Positions 17,904-28,129 of a stretch of DNA of 48,973 bases are shown here, one piece after another. The notes under the pieces are model-generated. The model saw nothing but the letters and a program-made list of their open reading frames with translations, was not told the origin of the DNA and did not search any database. Position 1 is the stretch's first letter, and every line of letters starts with the position of its first letter. The stretch covers positions 1 to 48,973 of the forward strand of contig JAYGDX010000348.1 in NCBI GenBank assembly GCA_046582655.1. The letters are read 5' to 3'. Origin of the DNA: Candidatus Poribacteria bacterium (GTDB taxonomy: Bacteria; Poribacteria; WGA-4E; UBA9662). Position numbers and translations under genes: made by a program.

Positions 17904-19241
17904 TCATTGTACCAACCGACGGAAGGGATCTTGCTTAATGTCGCATGCCAGAAGATTATCTATACCATCGGATTCTAGGCCTGATTGAATCACAGTTAGA
18001 GTATCAATGATGGCCTGAACCGTCAGATTGATATCTTCCTCAGTGTGGGCCAGAGTGGGTTTAAATGCTGTATAACAGAGGACTCCTCTAGATGACATTT
18101 CTTGAATAAACAGTGTTTTTATCTTCGGTGCGAGCGTGACATCAGGTAAATCTAAAGTAATGCCTGGGTTAGTGTAAAGACCTGTACACGCACCAGAGAG
18201 ACCAACATCAGCAATAGCTCTGTTGATCTCTCCACTTAACCTTTGTCCAATTTCTTTGAATCGAGTTTCGGAGTTACGCTGTTTTAATTCTCGAATCGTC
18301 GTCAAGGCTGCAACCAAGCCGATATTATCGCTCCAGTAGGAACTGGAAATAAACATTCGATCGGCAGGCTCCATCACAGTTCGTGAGCCGACTACCGCTC
18401 CCATAGGATATCCATTAGACATGGCTTTGGCAACAACCGTCATGTCGGGAACAACATTGAGATATTTCTGCACACCACCAACTGATAATCTCCATCCACA
18501 AGACACCTCGTCAAAAATTAGGATCACACCATGTTCTTGCGCTAATGCTTTTACACCTTCAAGATATCCTGGTTCCGGCAGTGTTGAGCGAATTGGTTCC
18601 ATCATAATGGCTGCTATTTGGTTCCGGTTGGTTTTAAGGAGGTCTTCCAACATGGTCAAGTCACCATAAGCAAAAGGAATAACCGTGTTTGCCAAAACCT
18701 GAGGCACACCAATTGGTTCAATGCCAGCAAAGGGAAATTCACCATCTTCTGGATTTTCCAAATAATTGGCCGCCTGATACCAATCGTGCCAGCCATGATA
18801 GCCGCAGAATAGGATTTTGTCTTTGCCTGAAGTTCCCCGTGCGATCCGTACAGCGACAGCACATGCTTCTCCTCCACCCTTGGTATACCGAACCATCTCT
18901 GCGCTGGGAATGGTATTCACCAATTCTTCAGCTAATTCAATCTCCAGTGGACTGTTTAAAGAATAAAGGCTCCCACGGTCAATCTGTTCTTTGACTGCTT
19001 GATCAACGACTTCATCGGCGTGACCTAATATAATTGCGCCAACTGCGCTGACCCAGTCAATATACTCATTCCCATCAATATCAACAAAACGTGCGCCCTT
19101 GGCGCGCTGTGCGTAAATAGGGCTGACACCATTTGCGAACTGACTGGCTCGACGGCTTATAAGTTGCGTCCAGCCAGGAATTAGTTTGCCTGCGCGTTCA
19201 TAGGTTTCTAGGGATTGAGTAACTTGAGGATAATCATACAT
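17904..19241 (-). CDS. Class III PLP aminotransferase, glutamate-1-semialdehyde aminomutase-like
   Basis: DIDGNEYIDW, GYHGWHDW, LIFDEV..G.R, PLP Lys in AKAMSNGYP. Confidence 0.88.
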   Translation of the reverse strand: MYDYPQVTQSLETYERAGKLIPGWTQLISRRASQFANGVSPIYAQRAKGARFVDIDGNEYIDWVSAVGAIILGHADEVVDQAVKEQIDRGSLYSLNSPLEIELAEELVNTIPSAEMVRYTKGGGEACAVAVRIARGTSGKDKILFCGYHGWHDWYQAANYLENPEDGEFPFAGIEPIGVPQVLANTVIPFAYGDLTMLEDLLKTNRNQIAAIMMEPIRSTLPEPGYLEGVKALAQEHGVILIFDEVSCGWRLSVGGVQKYLNVVPDMTVVAKAMSNGYPMGAVVGSRTVMEPADRMFISSSYWSDNIGLVAALTTIRELKQRNSETRFKEIGQRLSGEINRAIADVGLSGACTGLYTNPGITLDLPDVTLAPKIKTLFIQEMSSRGVLCYTAFKPTLAHTEEDINLTVQAIIDTLTVIQSGLESDGIDNLLACDIKQDPFRRLVQ

Positions 19242-19273
19242 ACGCCGCTCCTTATCCAGTGCATTTAAAGGCA

Positions 19274-20692
19274 TCATTCCACTATAGCAGGCTTCTGCTT
19301 CCAAAAGCCTGTTGATTGTTCAAAAGCGTAGGCAAGCTGAAGGACACCGAAGTCGTCCTGATGACGGCCGACGATTTGGATGCCAACTGGCAGACCTTCA
19401 GATGTAAATCCACATGGCACTGAGATGGCCGGAAGGCCGGTGACGCTGATATAATAGCAGGACCTCATCCAATCAATATAAGTTCCCATTTCGACACCAT
19501 TGATCTCGGTGATGTAACGTTGTTTTACTTCGAAAGGTGGAACCTGGCTGACAGGTAGGATCAGAAATTCGATCTTTTCCATAAATTCCCGGATTCGATG
19601 GTATAGCTTAGTTCGTTTAATTTCAGCTTGACCGATCTGCGAGCCTGTCAGTTCTTGTCCCTCTTCGATATTCCAAATTACTGTGTCTTTGATCTGATCT
19701 CGGTGTGTTTCTAATAATTCAGCATAGGCCAGTTCAAATCGCCATGCGCGCCAGATTTTGAAGATTTCGTCTGCATCAGCAAAATCTGGTTGATCATCAA
19801 CTATCACACAGCCTATGGATTCAAAGACTGATCTCTGTTTTTCAATCGTTTTTGTGACTCTCGGATCAACCGGCAATCCGCCCAAGTCTGAACTCCATGC
19901 GATGTGTATACCAGTAAAATCTCTATCCAGAGGTTGCTTGAAAATATCACCGGATATCGGAATAGAAATTGGTGAACGGGAATCAGGTCCGGCGATAGCA
20001 CTCAGCATTAAGGCGGCATCTCTAACCGTACGTGCCATAGGGCCTTGCACAGATATCGGGAACCAACTTGCCAGAGACGGCCAAACCGGCACTCTACCTG
20101 GCGAGGGTCGAAATCCTACAACATTACAAAAATTGGCCGGATTGCGAAGGGATCCCCCCATATCACTCCCATCGGCAATCGGTTGCATGCCACATGCAAG
20201 AGCCACTGCCGCACCGCCGCTGCTACCACCACAGGTTTTAGTGATATCGTAAGGATTCAAGGTCTCACCAAACACTTCATTATAAGTTTGAGAACCCGCC
20301 CCAAATTCAGGGGTATTGGTTTTCCCAATAGTAATCGCGCCAGCTTGTTTCAGCCGTTCTATGATTAGCCCATCTTGATCGGGAACGAAATCCCGGAAAA
20401 TAGGTGAACCAAGCGTGGTTCGGATTCCTTGAGTTAATATCAAATCCTTATGTGCCACTGGAAGGCCATGAAGGTCTCCTATATCCTTTCTTTGAGAAAT
20501 GGCTTCATCGGCATTGGTGGCTTGCTTCATGGCCTGATCAGGAAGAAAAGTGACAATGGCGTTGACTTGCGGATTGATCCGCTCAACCTGATCCAAATGC
20601 GCGGACATTATCTGGCGGACAGACAGGTCGCCGGAACGAATACAGTCAACCATCTCCACTGCTGTCATAAAACATATTTCTTTACTGGGCAT
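19274..20692 (-). CDS. Amidase signature family enzyme
   Basis: GLPVAHKDL, GKTNTPEFG, GGSSGGAA, GSDMGGSLRNPA. Confidence 0.93.
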   Translation of the reverse strand: MPSKEICFMTAVEMVDCIRSGDLSVRQIMSAHLDQVERINPQVNAIVTFLPDQAMKQATNADEAISQRKDIGDLHGLPVAHKDLILTQGIRTTLGSPIFRDFVPDQDGLIIERLKQAGAITIGKTNTPEFGAGSQTYNEVFGETLNPYDITKTCGGSSGGAAVALACGMQPIADGSDMGGSLRNPANFCNVVGFRPSPGRVPVWPSLASWFPISVQGPMARTVRDAALMLSAIAGPDSRSPISIPISGDIFKQPLDRDFTGIHIAWSSDLGGLPVDPRVTKTIEKQRSVFESIGCVIVDDQPDFADADEIFKIWRAWRFELAYAELLETHRDQIKDTVIWNIEEGQELTGSQIGQAEIKRTKLYHRIREFMEKIEFLILPVSQVPPFEVKQRYITEINGVEMGTYIDWMRSCYYISVTGLPAISVPCGFTSEGLPVGIQIVGRHQDDFGVLQLAYAFEQSTGFWKQKPAIVE

Positions 20693-20745
20693 AATTTTCT
20701 CAATTAAATCTATTGTGTTTTTTTGAGTTAAGTCTCACTTACGGT

Positions 20746-21756
20746 TCAATCTCGCCAATTAAAGATAACACCCAACATCGATTTTTCACGACGATACGCC
20801 ATTTCATAGGCTACCGCCATCTCAGTATAATGAAAACGATGGGTAATCAATCGTTTGGGTTCCAAACGACCATCCGCCATCAAAGAAAGCGTGTAGGCGG
20901 AGGAGCGGTTGACGGCAAATCGATTTCCATTCGTTGGATACAGGTAACCAGAAATCCCAGATACAGCGATAATCGAAATCCCTTTCTGATAAAACCATTC
21001 CATGGCTAATGGGTTAAAGCTGAGTGGCGGTTCACCACGACCGAGGAGGCTAACGATAGAAACACGTCCATTTGGCCGTACAATTTCTAAAGCTTTCTGG
21101 TAAGCAGGCCAAGGATTAGCAGTAAGAATCACCAAGTCAATACCGACACCATCAGTACAGTCATCTAACTTCATTTCCAGATCCGGATCATCGGACATAT
21201 AGGTAGCGTGCGCTCCCATACGATCGGCCATTTCCAACCGGATTGGACTGTTACCTAGCCCGACTACCCACGCGCCGAAGAGTCGACCAAGTGCTACAGC
21301 CCCTAACCCAAGGACTCCCAGACCGATGATGGCTACATTCTCACCCATCTGAAAATGTGCTTTGCGATAACAGTGGCCGCTGAGGGTATAAAGGTAAGCA
21401 AAGACGGCATCTTCGGAGTGTACGTTATCGGGTACTTTGGCGATGTTGGCCGATTGATCGATGATATACTCCGACTGATGTGGCTGCTGTGTTACAACGC
21501 GATCGCCTATTTGAAAATGGGTGACGGCACTGCCCACGCCTCGGACAATTCCCAGACTACTGTCCCCAACCCATCGCGGGTAATCTGGAGCTCCCGGAAC
21601 TTGTTCCGCACCCTCATAGTTGCCGCGATCAGTTCCTATCTTTAAAGCTGTAATCTCAGTCTGCACCCAGATTTGATCTGATTTCAGATCATCAGTTTGA
21701 AGAAATTGTTCTTCAATGCGTATATCTCTTGGACCATAGAGTATAGGAATCTTCAT
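20746..21756 (-). CDS. Medium-chain dehydrogenase/reductase (Zn-ADH-like)
   Basis: GTD, GIVRGVGSAV..F..GDRV, Rossmann GLGVLG, LITHRF; AAGGAG RBS. Confidence 0.85.
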   Translation of the reverse strand: MKIPILYGPRDIRIEEQFLQTDDLKSDQIWVQTEITALKIGTDRGNYEGAEQVPGAPDYPRWVGDSSLGIVRGVGSAVTHFQIGDRVVTQQPHQSEYIIDQSANIAKVPDNVHSEDAVFAYLYTLSGHCYRKAHFQMGENVAIIGLGVLGLGAVALGRLFGAWVVGLGNSPIRLEMADRMGAHATYMSDDPDLEMKLDDCTDGVGIDLVILTANPWPAYQKALEIVRPNGRVSIVSLLGRGEPPLSFNPLAMEWFYQKGISIIAVSGISGYLYPTNGNRFAVNRSSAYTLSLMADGRLEPKRLITHRFHYTEMAVAYEMAYRREKSMLGVIFNWRD

Positions 21757-22174
21757 ACTAATGCTCCTTGATGCTCTGATAGCAACCCTATTATAATTGA
21801 AGAGACATGCGGTATTCAATAATCCAAATCCTGACAGGAAGAATCGAATGCGGTCAAAAGGAAAAACATATGCCTCAGCTGACGAAAAGTTAGGCGGTCT
21901 GGAGTATATACCTAGATCCGGTTAGGACATGGTTTGTTTTGACCAAGCTCAAAATTCCTCACCAGATTATTACATAACGATAATACGCCTATCCAAGAGT
22001 ATATCATGCCATACTCAAAAGATTATCGTCAAAAAATTCCCATACTAGATGAATTGTTTGATGGTGTCTTTAGCTGACAGCGATTTGTTGTCTGAGATAA
22101 CTATCAGATTGTGTTAAGATACAGTTGGATGGTTTCATAACCAAATTAACGTAATTACACAGGAGCAACTTATT

Positions 22175-22921
22175 ATGATCTTAGCTGAAATGACATCTCC
22201 TGAAATTGACGTCCTGCCACGTGATATTGTAACGCTGATTCCGGTAGCATCTTGCGAACAACATAGTCTGCATCTACCGGTATTTACCGACAGTTTGATC
22301 GGAGAGGAAGTAGCACGCCGTGTTAATCAACGCTGTGCAGATGATGTCTTGGTTCTTCCTATACAGTGGTTGGGATACTCCCAACACCACATTCGGTATA
22401 CCGGTACGATCAGTGCGGTATCAGAAACCCATTTGCTGTTGATGATGGATATTGTTGCTTCCATGGTAGGGCACAGATTCAAGAAGATTCTGATTCAGAA
22501 CAGTCATGGAGGTAATGGTGCGAACATCTCGGTACTTCTCCAGCGCTTGATGGAACGTTACGGAGATCATAATATGGAGTTTTATTCCCGCTGGGCCTGG
22601 GCTAGCAATAACAAGTTGGATGAGATACGCGAACTGGGCGGAGTTGGATCGGGACACGCGGGGGAGACTGAAACCTCGATGATTATGGCTATCAACCCGG
22701 ACCTTGTCCGTCTGGATCGGCTAGATCCAGATGGCGAACGTGAGGGAATGCGGGTCAGTGGGGTGTCATCCTACTGTCGCTTTGATCAACGTACTCAACA
22801 TGGTGGTGTTGGCGATCCTCGATCCTCGACTGCCGAAAAAGGGGAGCAGATGCTGGACGCTTCTGCGGATGAAATCACTGAGCAAATCAAGCAGATTCGA
22901 TCACTCCACCCCTTTGGTTAG
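22175..22921 (+). CDS. Creatininase/mycofactocin peptidase family amidohydrolase
   Basis: EQH..HLP..TD, G.S.HH, NSHGGN, HAGETETS, GGVGDP. Confidence 0.9.
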   Translation: MILAEMTSPEIDVLPRDIVTLIPVASCEQHSLHLPVFTDSLIGEEVARRVNQRCADDVLVLPIQWLGYSQHHIRYTGTISAVSETHLLLMMDIVASMVGHRFKKILIQNSHGGNGANISVLLQRLMERYGDHNMEFYSRWAWASNNKLDEIRELGGVGSGHAGETETSMIMAINPDLVRLDRLDPDGEREGMRVSGVSSYCRFDQRTQHGGVGDPRSSTAEKGEQMLDASADEITEQIKQIRSLHPFG

Positions 22922-22934
22922 GGGAAATACCCTG

Positions 22935-23774
22935 CTACCGTAATATCACGCCCGGCGTTCGATTCCAAACTAACGGTTCGGCATCTCCATCGTAAGTCGG
23001 TACCAAGGTTCTTACCAGTTTCTGAGCTGACTCAGGCCATTCCGTCACATGAGTCTGTTTCCTACTCAAATGGGCACGAATACATCCTGGCGAGGTGTCA
23101 AAAGCGGGATGGTACCAAAGGGTAATGACCGTACGCCTTTGATTTGACTGGTTAGCGTAAGAACCATGCAACAACCGAGAATCACCTATCACCAGATCAC
23201 CCGCTTTGACTGGGACGACCAATTCTTCTGGTACAGATTGGTAAACTTGGTGAGTCGGATCGATAAAATGATTGAGGTTAGCAGCATGAGCTTCAGGAAC
23301 AGCATCATGCATCAAATGACGCTTTCTATGTGATCCCTGGATGACGCGTAAGCAACCATTGTACTGATTTGTGTCCACCAAATAGTACATTAGAAAGAGT
23401 TGTTGTGGTACCTCATCATAACTGATTGGATCGTTCCATCCCCACCAGTCTTGATGCCAAAACAGGGGTGGAGATTGTGGTGGTTTGCTGATGATATAAC
23501 CGGATGACCAACGAGGTTTTGGATAGTTGAGCACAACTAACGCCTCCAATGTAGGTTGGTAAGCAACCAACTCAGCAAAAAAAGGATCAGTGTATACGCT
23601 GATCATACTGCCAGTTGATTTCTGGGCTTCAAAATGCTCAGGAGGTTGCGCGTCAAGTAAACAATCGCTGGCAGCTCTAACCCGCCCCAGCATTATTGGA
23701 TCTAGAACTTTCTCAAAGACGCAAAACCCATCCTGAATCAGTTGGAGGTGTTTCTGCTGGTTGGTGTTGATCAT
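22935..23774 (-). CDS. Phytanoyl-CoA dioxygenase (PhyH) family Fe(II)/2OG enzyme
   Basis: WHQD, NGCLRVI.GSH, AGD.VI.D.RLLHGS..N.S..RR. Confidence 0.9.
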   Translation of the reverse strand: MINTNQQKHLQLIQDGFCVFEKVLDPIMLGRVRAASDCLLDAQPPEHFEAQKSTGSMISVYTDPFFAELVAYQPTLEALVVLNYPKPRWSSGYIISKPPQSPPLFWHQDWWGWNDPISYDEVPQQLFLMYYLVDTNQYNGCLRVIQGSHRKRHLMHDAVPEAHAANLNHFIDPTHQVYQSVPEELVVPVKAGDLVIGDSRLLHGSYANQSNQRRTVITLWYHPAFDTSPGCIRAHLSRKQTHVTEWPESAQKLVRTLVPTYDGDAEPLVWNRTPGVILR

Positions 23775-23975
23775 TTAAGTTATCATCTTACCAAGATATT
23801 TTTTTCGCCAAATAGACGCCAATCAGAATTTATTATCATTATTGAATGATATTCTATCATGGTAAAATAAGCGACTTCAACCTGATTCCATAACTTGTTC
23901 TCTACCCCCAAATTCCGACTGTGCTAGAATATCTTAACCCAATGGAATTAAGCTGATCGTTGAACGAAAACTGAA

Positions 23976-25136
23976 ATGAAAATAATTACCGAGTCAAATG
24001 TGCAGACAGATCGATTGGGTCAGGTTGATGTACCTTTGGTTGAAGTACTCAAGGAAATGCATGAGAGCCAGTGCATTCTGCGAGCGGCGGAGGGAACGCT
24101 GTCAAAAGTTCCGGTGGAAAAGGTGTTGCTGCCACATAGTAATGACATGAATCCGCAAGGCACACAGGTTGGTCTTGGCCCAGATGGTAACGTGTATGTA
24201 CGACAATCACAATTACTCTGAAAATCAACAGGCGGTGGACGTACTTGGGTATCTCAGCCGATTGAAAAAGCAGCTGAAAATCTAGGTTGGCATTGGAAAG
24301 TGCTGAACGATGGTACCTTCATCAACGTTAGCTCCTCCATGGGTCCAAGTGTACGCGACCCTGCTATTGTCTGGGCTTCGCATGACGAAGGTCAAACTTG
24401 GACTAAGCGTGCTGAGATACCAGCTAACATGAATCTGCCTTCCAGTAAGCCCTACACTGAACGTTACGTCCATCGCGGTTTAAATCGACTCCAAAATGAT
24501 GTTTTGCTGTAGGCAGTAGACATACGGGACACACCGTCAATCAGAGGTCACGGTTTGTTCATTTTTCGTTCGACTGATAGCGGTCATACTTGGCAGGGCC
24601 CCATTCTGGTGCACGATTTCGGCTCTGAAGGCGGAAGCACATTGCTGCCGTCCGGTCGAATCTTGGCCACATTACGATACCAAAGAGAGTTCCTGCCTAG
24701 TGATCCTCCGGATCTGGAAAAACGTAACCGAAGTATTTCTCCTGGTGTGCCATGGAAACGCGTTTTTGTCTTGAACTCGGATGATGGCGATGAAACATGG
24801 TCTATACTCCGCCAACTAACCACGGTCTTTGGTCAAACTTTCGGTTATCCAGCAACACAAAGTGACGGCACCGCCGTGGTGATTCATGATACGTGCTATG
24901 GCCCTGGTCCGCCCGGCAGCCGCGCAATGATCAGTTGTGACGAAGGGCAAACCTGGCTTGATCAGGTTTATTACCTCGATTATACAACCTTTACCGGTAG
25001 TTATACTGCCAGTGTGGTGTTGGATGATGATACTATCCTGACTGTTGCCAGATCAAGTCAAGCAGGCAATGGTTGGGATCTAGTCAAAAACGAAACGGAT
25101 ATGTACGCCATTCGCTGGAAACCAACCAAAGATTGA
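23976..25136 (+). pseudogene. Asp-box (BNR) sialidase-like protein with two in-frame stops
   Basis: ORFs 23976, 24300 and 24555 share one frame; TGA 24219-24221 and TAG 24510-24512; Asp-boxes STGGGRTW, SHDEGQTW, STDSGHTW, SDDGDETW, SCDEGQTW. Confidence 0.82.
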
Positions 25137-25319
25137 ATTGGATACTGGTTAGACCTAACGGCTCAATAGCACAAAATAGAAGATTGGTCTCAAACTGAGT
25201 GATATAAAGGATCGTTAAAGTATTAGTCTAAATTGAAGTTGGATATGCCATGGGATATTTCGATCGGGAAAAGAATGTAGTAGGACAGATCAAGATGTTA
25301 GGATAGCGAAGAGAATACG

Positions 25320-27200
25320 TCATGCCTGTTGACACTGCCAGTTATCTGGTTCTGCCACATAGTGTTCCAATGCCATTTTAACTTGTGTAAATACTCCTGA
25401 CCAATCCCCAATTTTGTGTTGCCGAAATAACTTCATCTTGGGGTACCACAATGTATCCTCCTGATCCAACATCCACCTCCAATCTGGTATATAAGGCAAT
25501 AAAGTCCAGACGCTTTTGCCCAAAGCTCCAGCCATATGCACAGTTGTATTAGACGTTGAGATAATAAGATCTAGTGCGGATGCCTGTGCGGCAAAGTCAT
25601 CCAGACTTTCCAACGGGGCTATTTCTTCTTCTACATACATGAAGACGTTATTCTTATCAGCGCAATATTCCTTAATTTCTCTTCCAACATTTCCATATTG
25701 CAGATTAATAAAGTAACAATCTTGTTGTGACAGAATTGAAGTCCAATCGTCCAATAATGTACTCTTGTCTTTTCCCGTATACTGGTTCGCACTTTTCCAT
25801 GAAATGCCAATCAGCAATTTACTGTCCGCTAATTTTTTATATTTTTCTCTAAGTGCTGAGGTCTTTTCAGGGCAGGCCTGCAGATATGAATTTGCTTTTT
25901 GCCGGAAACTATCTACATTAGGTCTTAACCATCGGCCCAAGCTTCCCATCGGAATTTGATAAGTGATATCGGTATCTAACAGTTTGGTGTCTGGAAGGTT
26001 TTGTCGAGGGAAAAATTGTATTTTCGGAAATGAACGCTGGAATAGAGGAACTAAGCGTGAATCACATTCAACCATAATATTGGCTTTCATTTGCAGCAGG
26101 TCAGCGAGTATGCTGGCGAACATAATTTCATCTCCAACACCCTGTTCAGCCCAAACCAGTATAGATCGACCATTCAGACTCGATCCATCCCAAGAAGGCT
26201 GAGGGAAATTTCTGTGTTCAAAAGGGAAATCCTTACATAACCATCGCCATTCGCATAACTCCCAACCTTTTTCAAAATCGCCTTTCTGTAGAAGAAGCAT
26301 GCCGAGATTCTTGTGACCTTCAGCAAACTGCGGATTGGTAGTGATGGCTTGGTTATAGGCTTGGACAGATTTTCCGAGGTCTCCTTGGGCATGCAGGGAA
26401 GCACCAAGGTTGTTATAAGCCTCCGAGTTGTCCGGGGAAATCTCAATGGCTCGACGATAAGCCAGAATAGCTCCTTCGAATTCCCCCTTTTTATGTAAAA
26501 TCACACCCAAGTTATTATAAGCCGTTGCATAACCAGGGTTGTTTTTGATAGCCTGCTGGCAAACTCGAAAGGCTTCTTCTAAATGTCCCTGATCTTTCAG
26601 GACTACACCAAGATTATTATATGCCTCGGCATAATCAGGCTGAATTTGTAGGGCTTTCTGATAGGCTTGAACCGATTCTTCTAATTTCCCCTGTTCATGT
26701 AGGACATTGCCGAAATTGTTATAAGCTTTAGCATAATCAGGCTGAATTTGCAGGGCTTTCTGATAGGCTTGAACCGATTCCTCTAATTTTCCCTGTTCAT
26801 GTAAGACATTGCCGAAATTGTAGTGTGCTTCAGCATAATCAGGCTGAAGCTGCAAGGCTTTCTGATAAGCTTGAATCGATTCCCCTAACTTGCCTTGTTC
26901 TTGTAAAGCATTCCCCAGATTGTTAAAAAATGGGGATTGATTTGGATCTATTGCTATGGCCTGAGTGATTAAGTCAACTGCTAACTGACACTTGCCCGTC
27001 TGATAAGCAACAACACCCAGAAGATGAAGCGCATCAGCATTTCGAGGATCACCCGCCAGTACTTGTTGATATAGCTGTTCTGCCTCCGCCAATCGCCCTA
27101 CTTGATGGCAAGCAACGGCCCGCTGTAACTTAGCGGTAATACCAAGTGTTGGATCAAAAGGATGTTTATGTCCTTTATCACTCTTTCTTTCTTCAACCAT
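25320..27200 (-). CDS. TPR-repeat protein with C-terminal GT-B glycosyltransferase-like (GT9-like) domain
   Basis: About 8 TPRs; EQGVGDEIMF, IGISWKS, NLQYG, DLIIS.SNTTVHMAGALGK, DWRW. Confidence 0.85.
   Translation of the reverse strand: MVEERKSDKGHKHPFDPTLGITAKLQRAVACHQVGRLAEAEQLYQQVLAGDPRNADALHLLGVVAYQTGKCQLAVDLITQAIAIDPNQSPFFNNLGNALQEQGKLGESIQAYQKALQLQPDYAEAHYNFGNVLHEQGKLEESVQAYQKALQIQPDYAKAYNNFGNVLHEQGKLEESVQAYQKALQIQPDYAEAYNNLGVVLKDQGHLEEAFRVCQQAIKNNPGYATAYNNLGVILHKKGEFEGAILAYRRAIEISPDNSEAYNNLGASLHAQGDLGKSVQAYNQAITTNPQFAEGHKNLGMLLLQKGDFEKGWELCEWRWLCKDFPFEHRNFPQPSWDGSSLNGRSILVWAEQGVGDEIMFASILADLLQMKANIMVECDSRLVPLFQRSFPKIQFFPRQNLPDTKLLDTDITYQIPMGSLGRWLRPNVDSFRQKANSYLQACPEKTSALREKYKKLADSKLLIGISWKSANQYTGKDKSTLLDDWTSILSQQDCYFINLQYGNVGREIKEYCADKNNVFMYVEEEIAPLESLDDFAAQASALDLIISTSNTTVHMAGALGKSVWTLLPYIPDWRWMLDQEDTLWYPKMKLFRQHKIGDWSGVFTQVKMALEHYVAEPDNWQCQQA
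26629..26934 (-). repeat. Three 102-bp tandem DNA repeats, each one TPR unit
   Basis: GCATAATCAGGCTGAA recurs at 26629, 26731 and 26833; protein repeat NFGNVLHEQGKLEESVQAYQKALQIQPDYA is identical twice. Confidence 0.9.
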
Positions 27201-27261
27201 AAACAGAAATCCCTCTGTAAATTAAGGTTATGTGATAGATTGACCTAAACTTTAATGACTT

Positions 27262-28044
27262 TTAATCCATGGGATAGAGGCTACATCCTCCATCAACCAA
27301 GAGAACAGATCCAGTCATGTAATTTGCTGCTTGACTACAAAGAAATAAAAAGGCGTTGGCCACCGACTCAAGTGGTTGCATGTATCCCAAGGGAATTGCC
27401 TTTTGCGCTCGTGCACGGTAGTTGGAATCCGTTTCCCACTGATGTTTGGCTAAGCCGACACTCACAATTCCAGGTGCGATGGCATTTGCACGAATACCCT
27501 TATCCGCCAACTCTCGTGCAAAAGAACGCATCAACTGCTTCATGGCGGCCTTACTGGCATTGTAGGGACCGATTTCCGGCCAAGGAACATCTGCAACCCA
27601 AGAGATAGTGAAGATCAAATGACCGGCGACTTGGTGTTTCAACATGGATTGGGCGGCGGATTTTCCTAGTAGAAAAGCAGTTCTGACATTCACCTCCATT
27701 GTCATGTCCCATTCATTCGCTTCATAATCTAACAGGGGTTTCGGAATTACCATACCAATATGACATAGTGCCGTCTGAATTGACCCGAATTTCTCTTGCG
27801 CGCCATCTATCAAGATCTCAACTCCTGCCTCTTGAGTCAGATCGGCTTTGACATAAGTAACACGTGTCAAGTCGATGTCAATATCACGTAACCGTGTTTC
27901 AGCTAACGTTGGTTCTATGATATCATTGACTGTAACCTTAGCACCATGATCAGTTAACTTCTTGATAACACCCAAGCCGATAGCTCCACAGCCACCGGAA
28001 ATAACAATGTGCTGTTCTGAAAGCGCGTCATCACTGAAACACAT
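27262..28044 (-). CDS. Short-chain dehydrogenase/reductase
   Basis: SGGCGAIG, YNASK, RANAIAPG, TGS.L.VDGG. Confidence 0.9.
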   Translation of the reverse strand: MCFSDDALSEQHIVISGGCGAIGLGVIKKLTDHGAKVTVNDIIEPTLAETRLRDIDIDLTRVTYVKADLTQEAGVEILIDGAQEKFGSIQTALCHIGMVIPKPLLDYEANEWDMTMEVNVRTAFLLGKSAAQSMLKHQVAGHLIFTISWVADVPWPEIGPYNASKAAMKQLMRSFARELADKGIRANAIAPGIVSVGLAKHQWETDSNYRARAQKAIPLGYMQPLESVANAFLFLCSQAANYMTGSVLLVDGGCSLYPMD

Positions 28045-28129
28045 ATCCCAACCTCCCTGAGGATTTGTTTATTAGAGGACCTAAGCTCCAATCAAGCCAG
28101 CCGAAATGGTTTCTGTCCATAATTTGATC

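Noticed and set aside
17904..19241. Calling this gene hemL
   Set aside because: The fold is GSA-like, but the catabolic context and GWHDW motif fit non-heme paralogs; no symbol assigned.
26629..26934. CRISPR-like periodic repeat
   Set aside because: The period of 102 bp equals one 34-aa TPR inside a CDS; there are no unique spacers and no cas genes.
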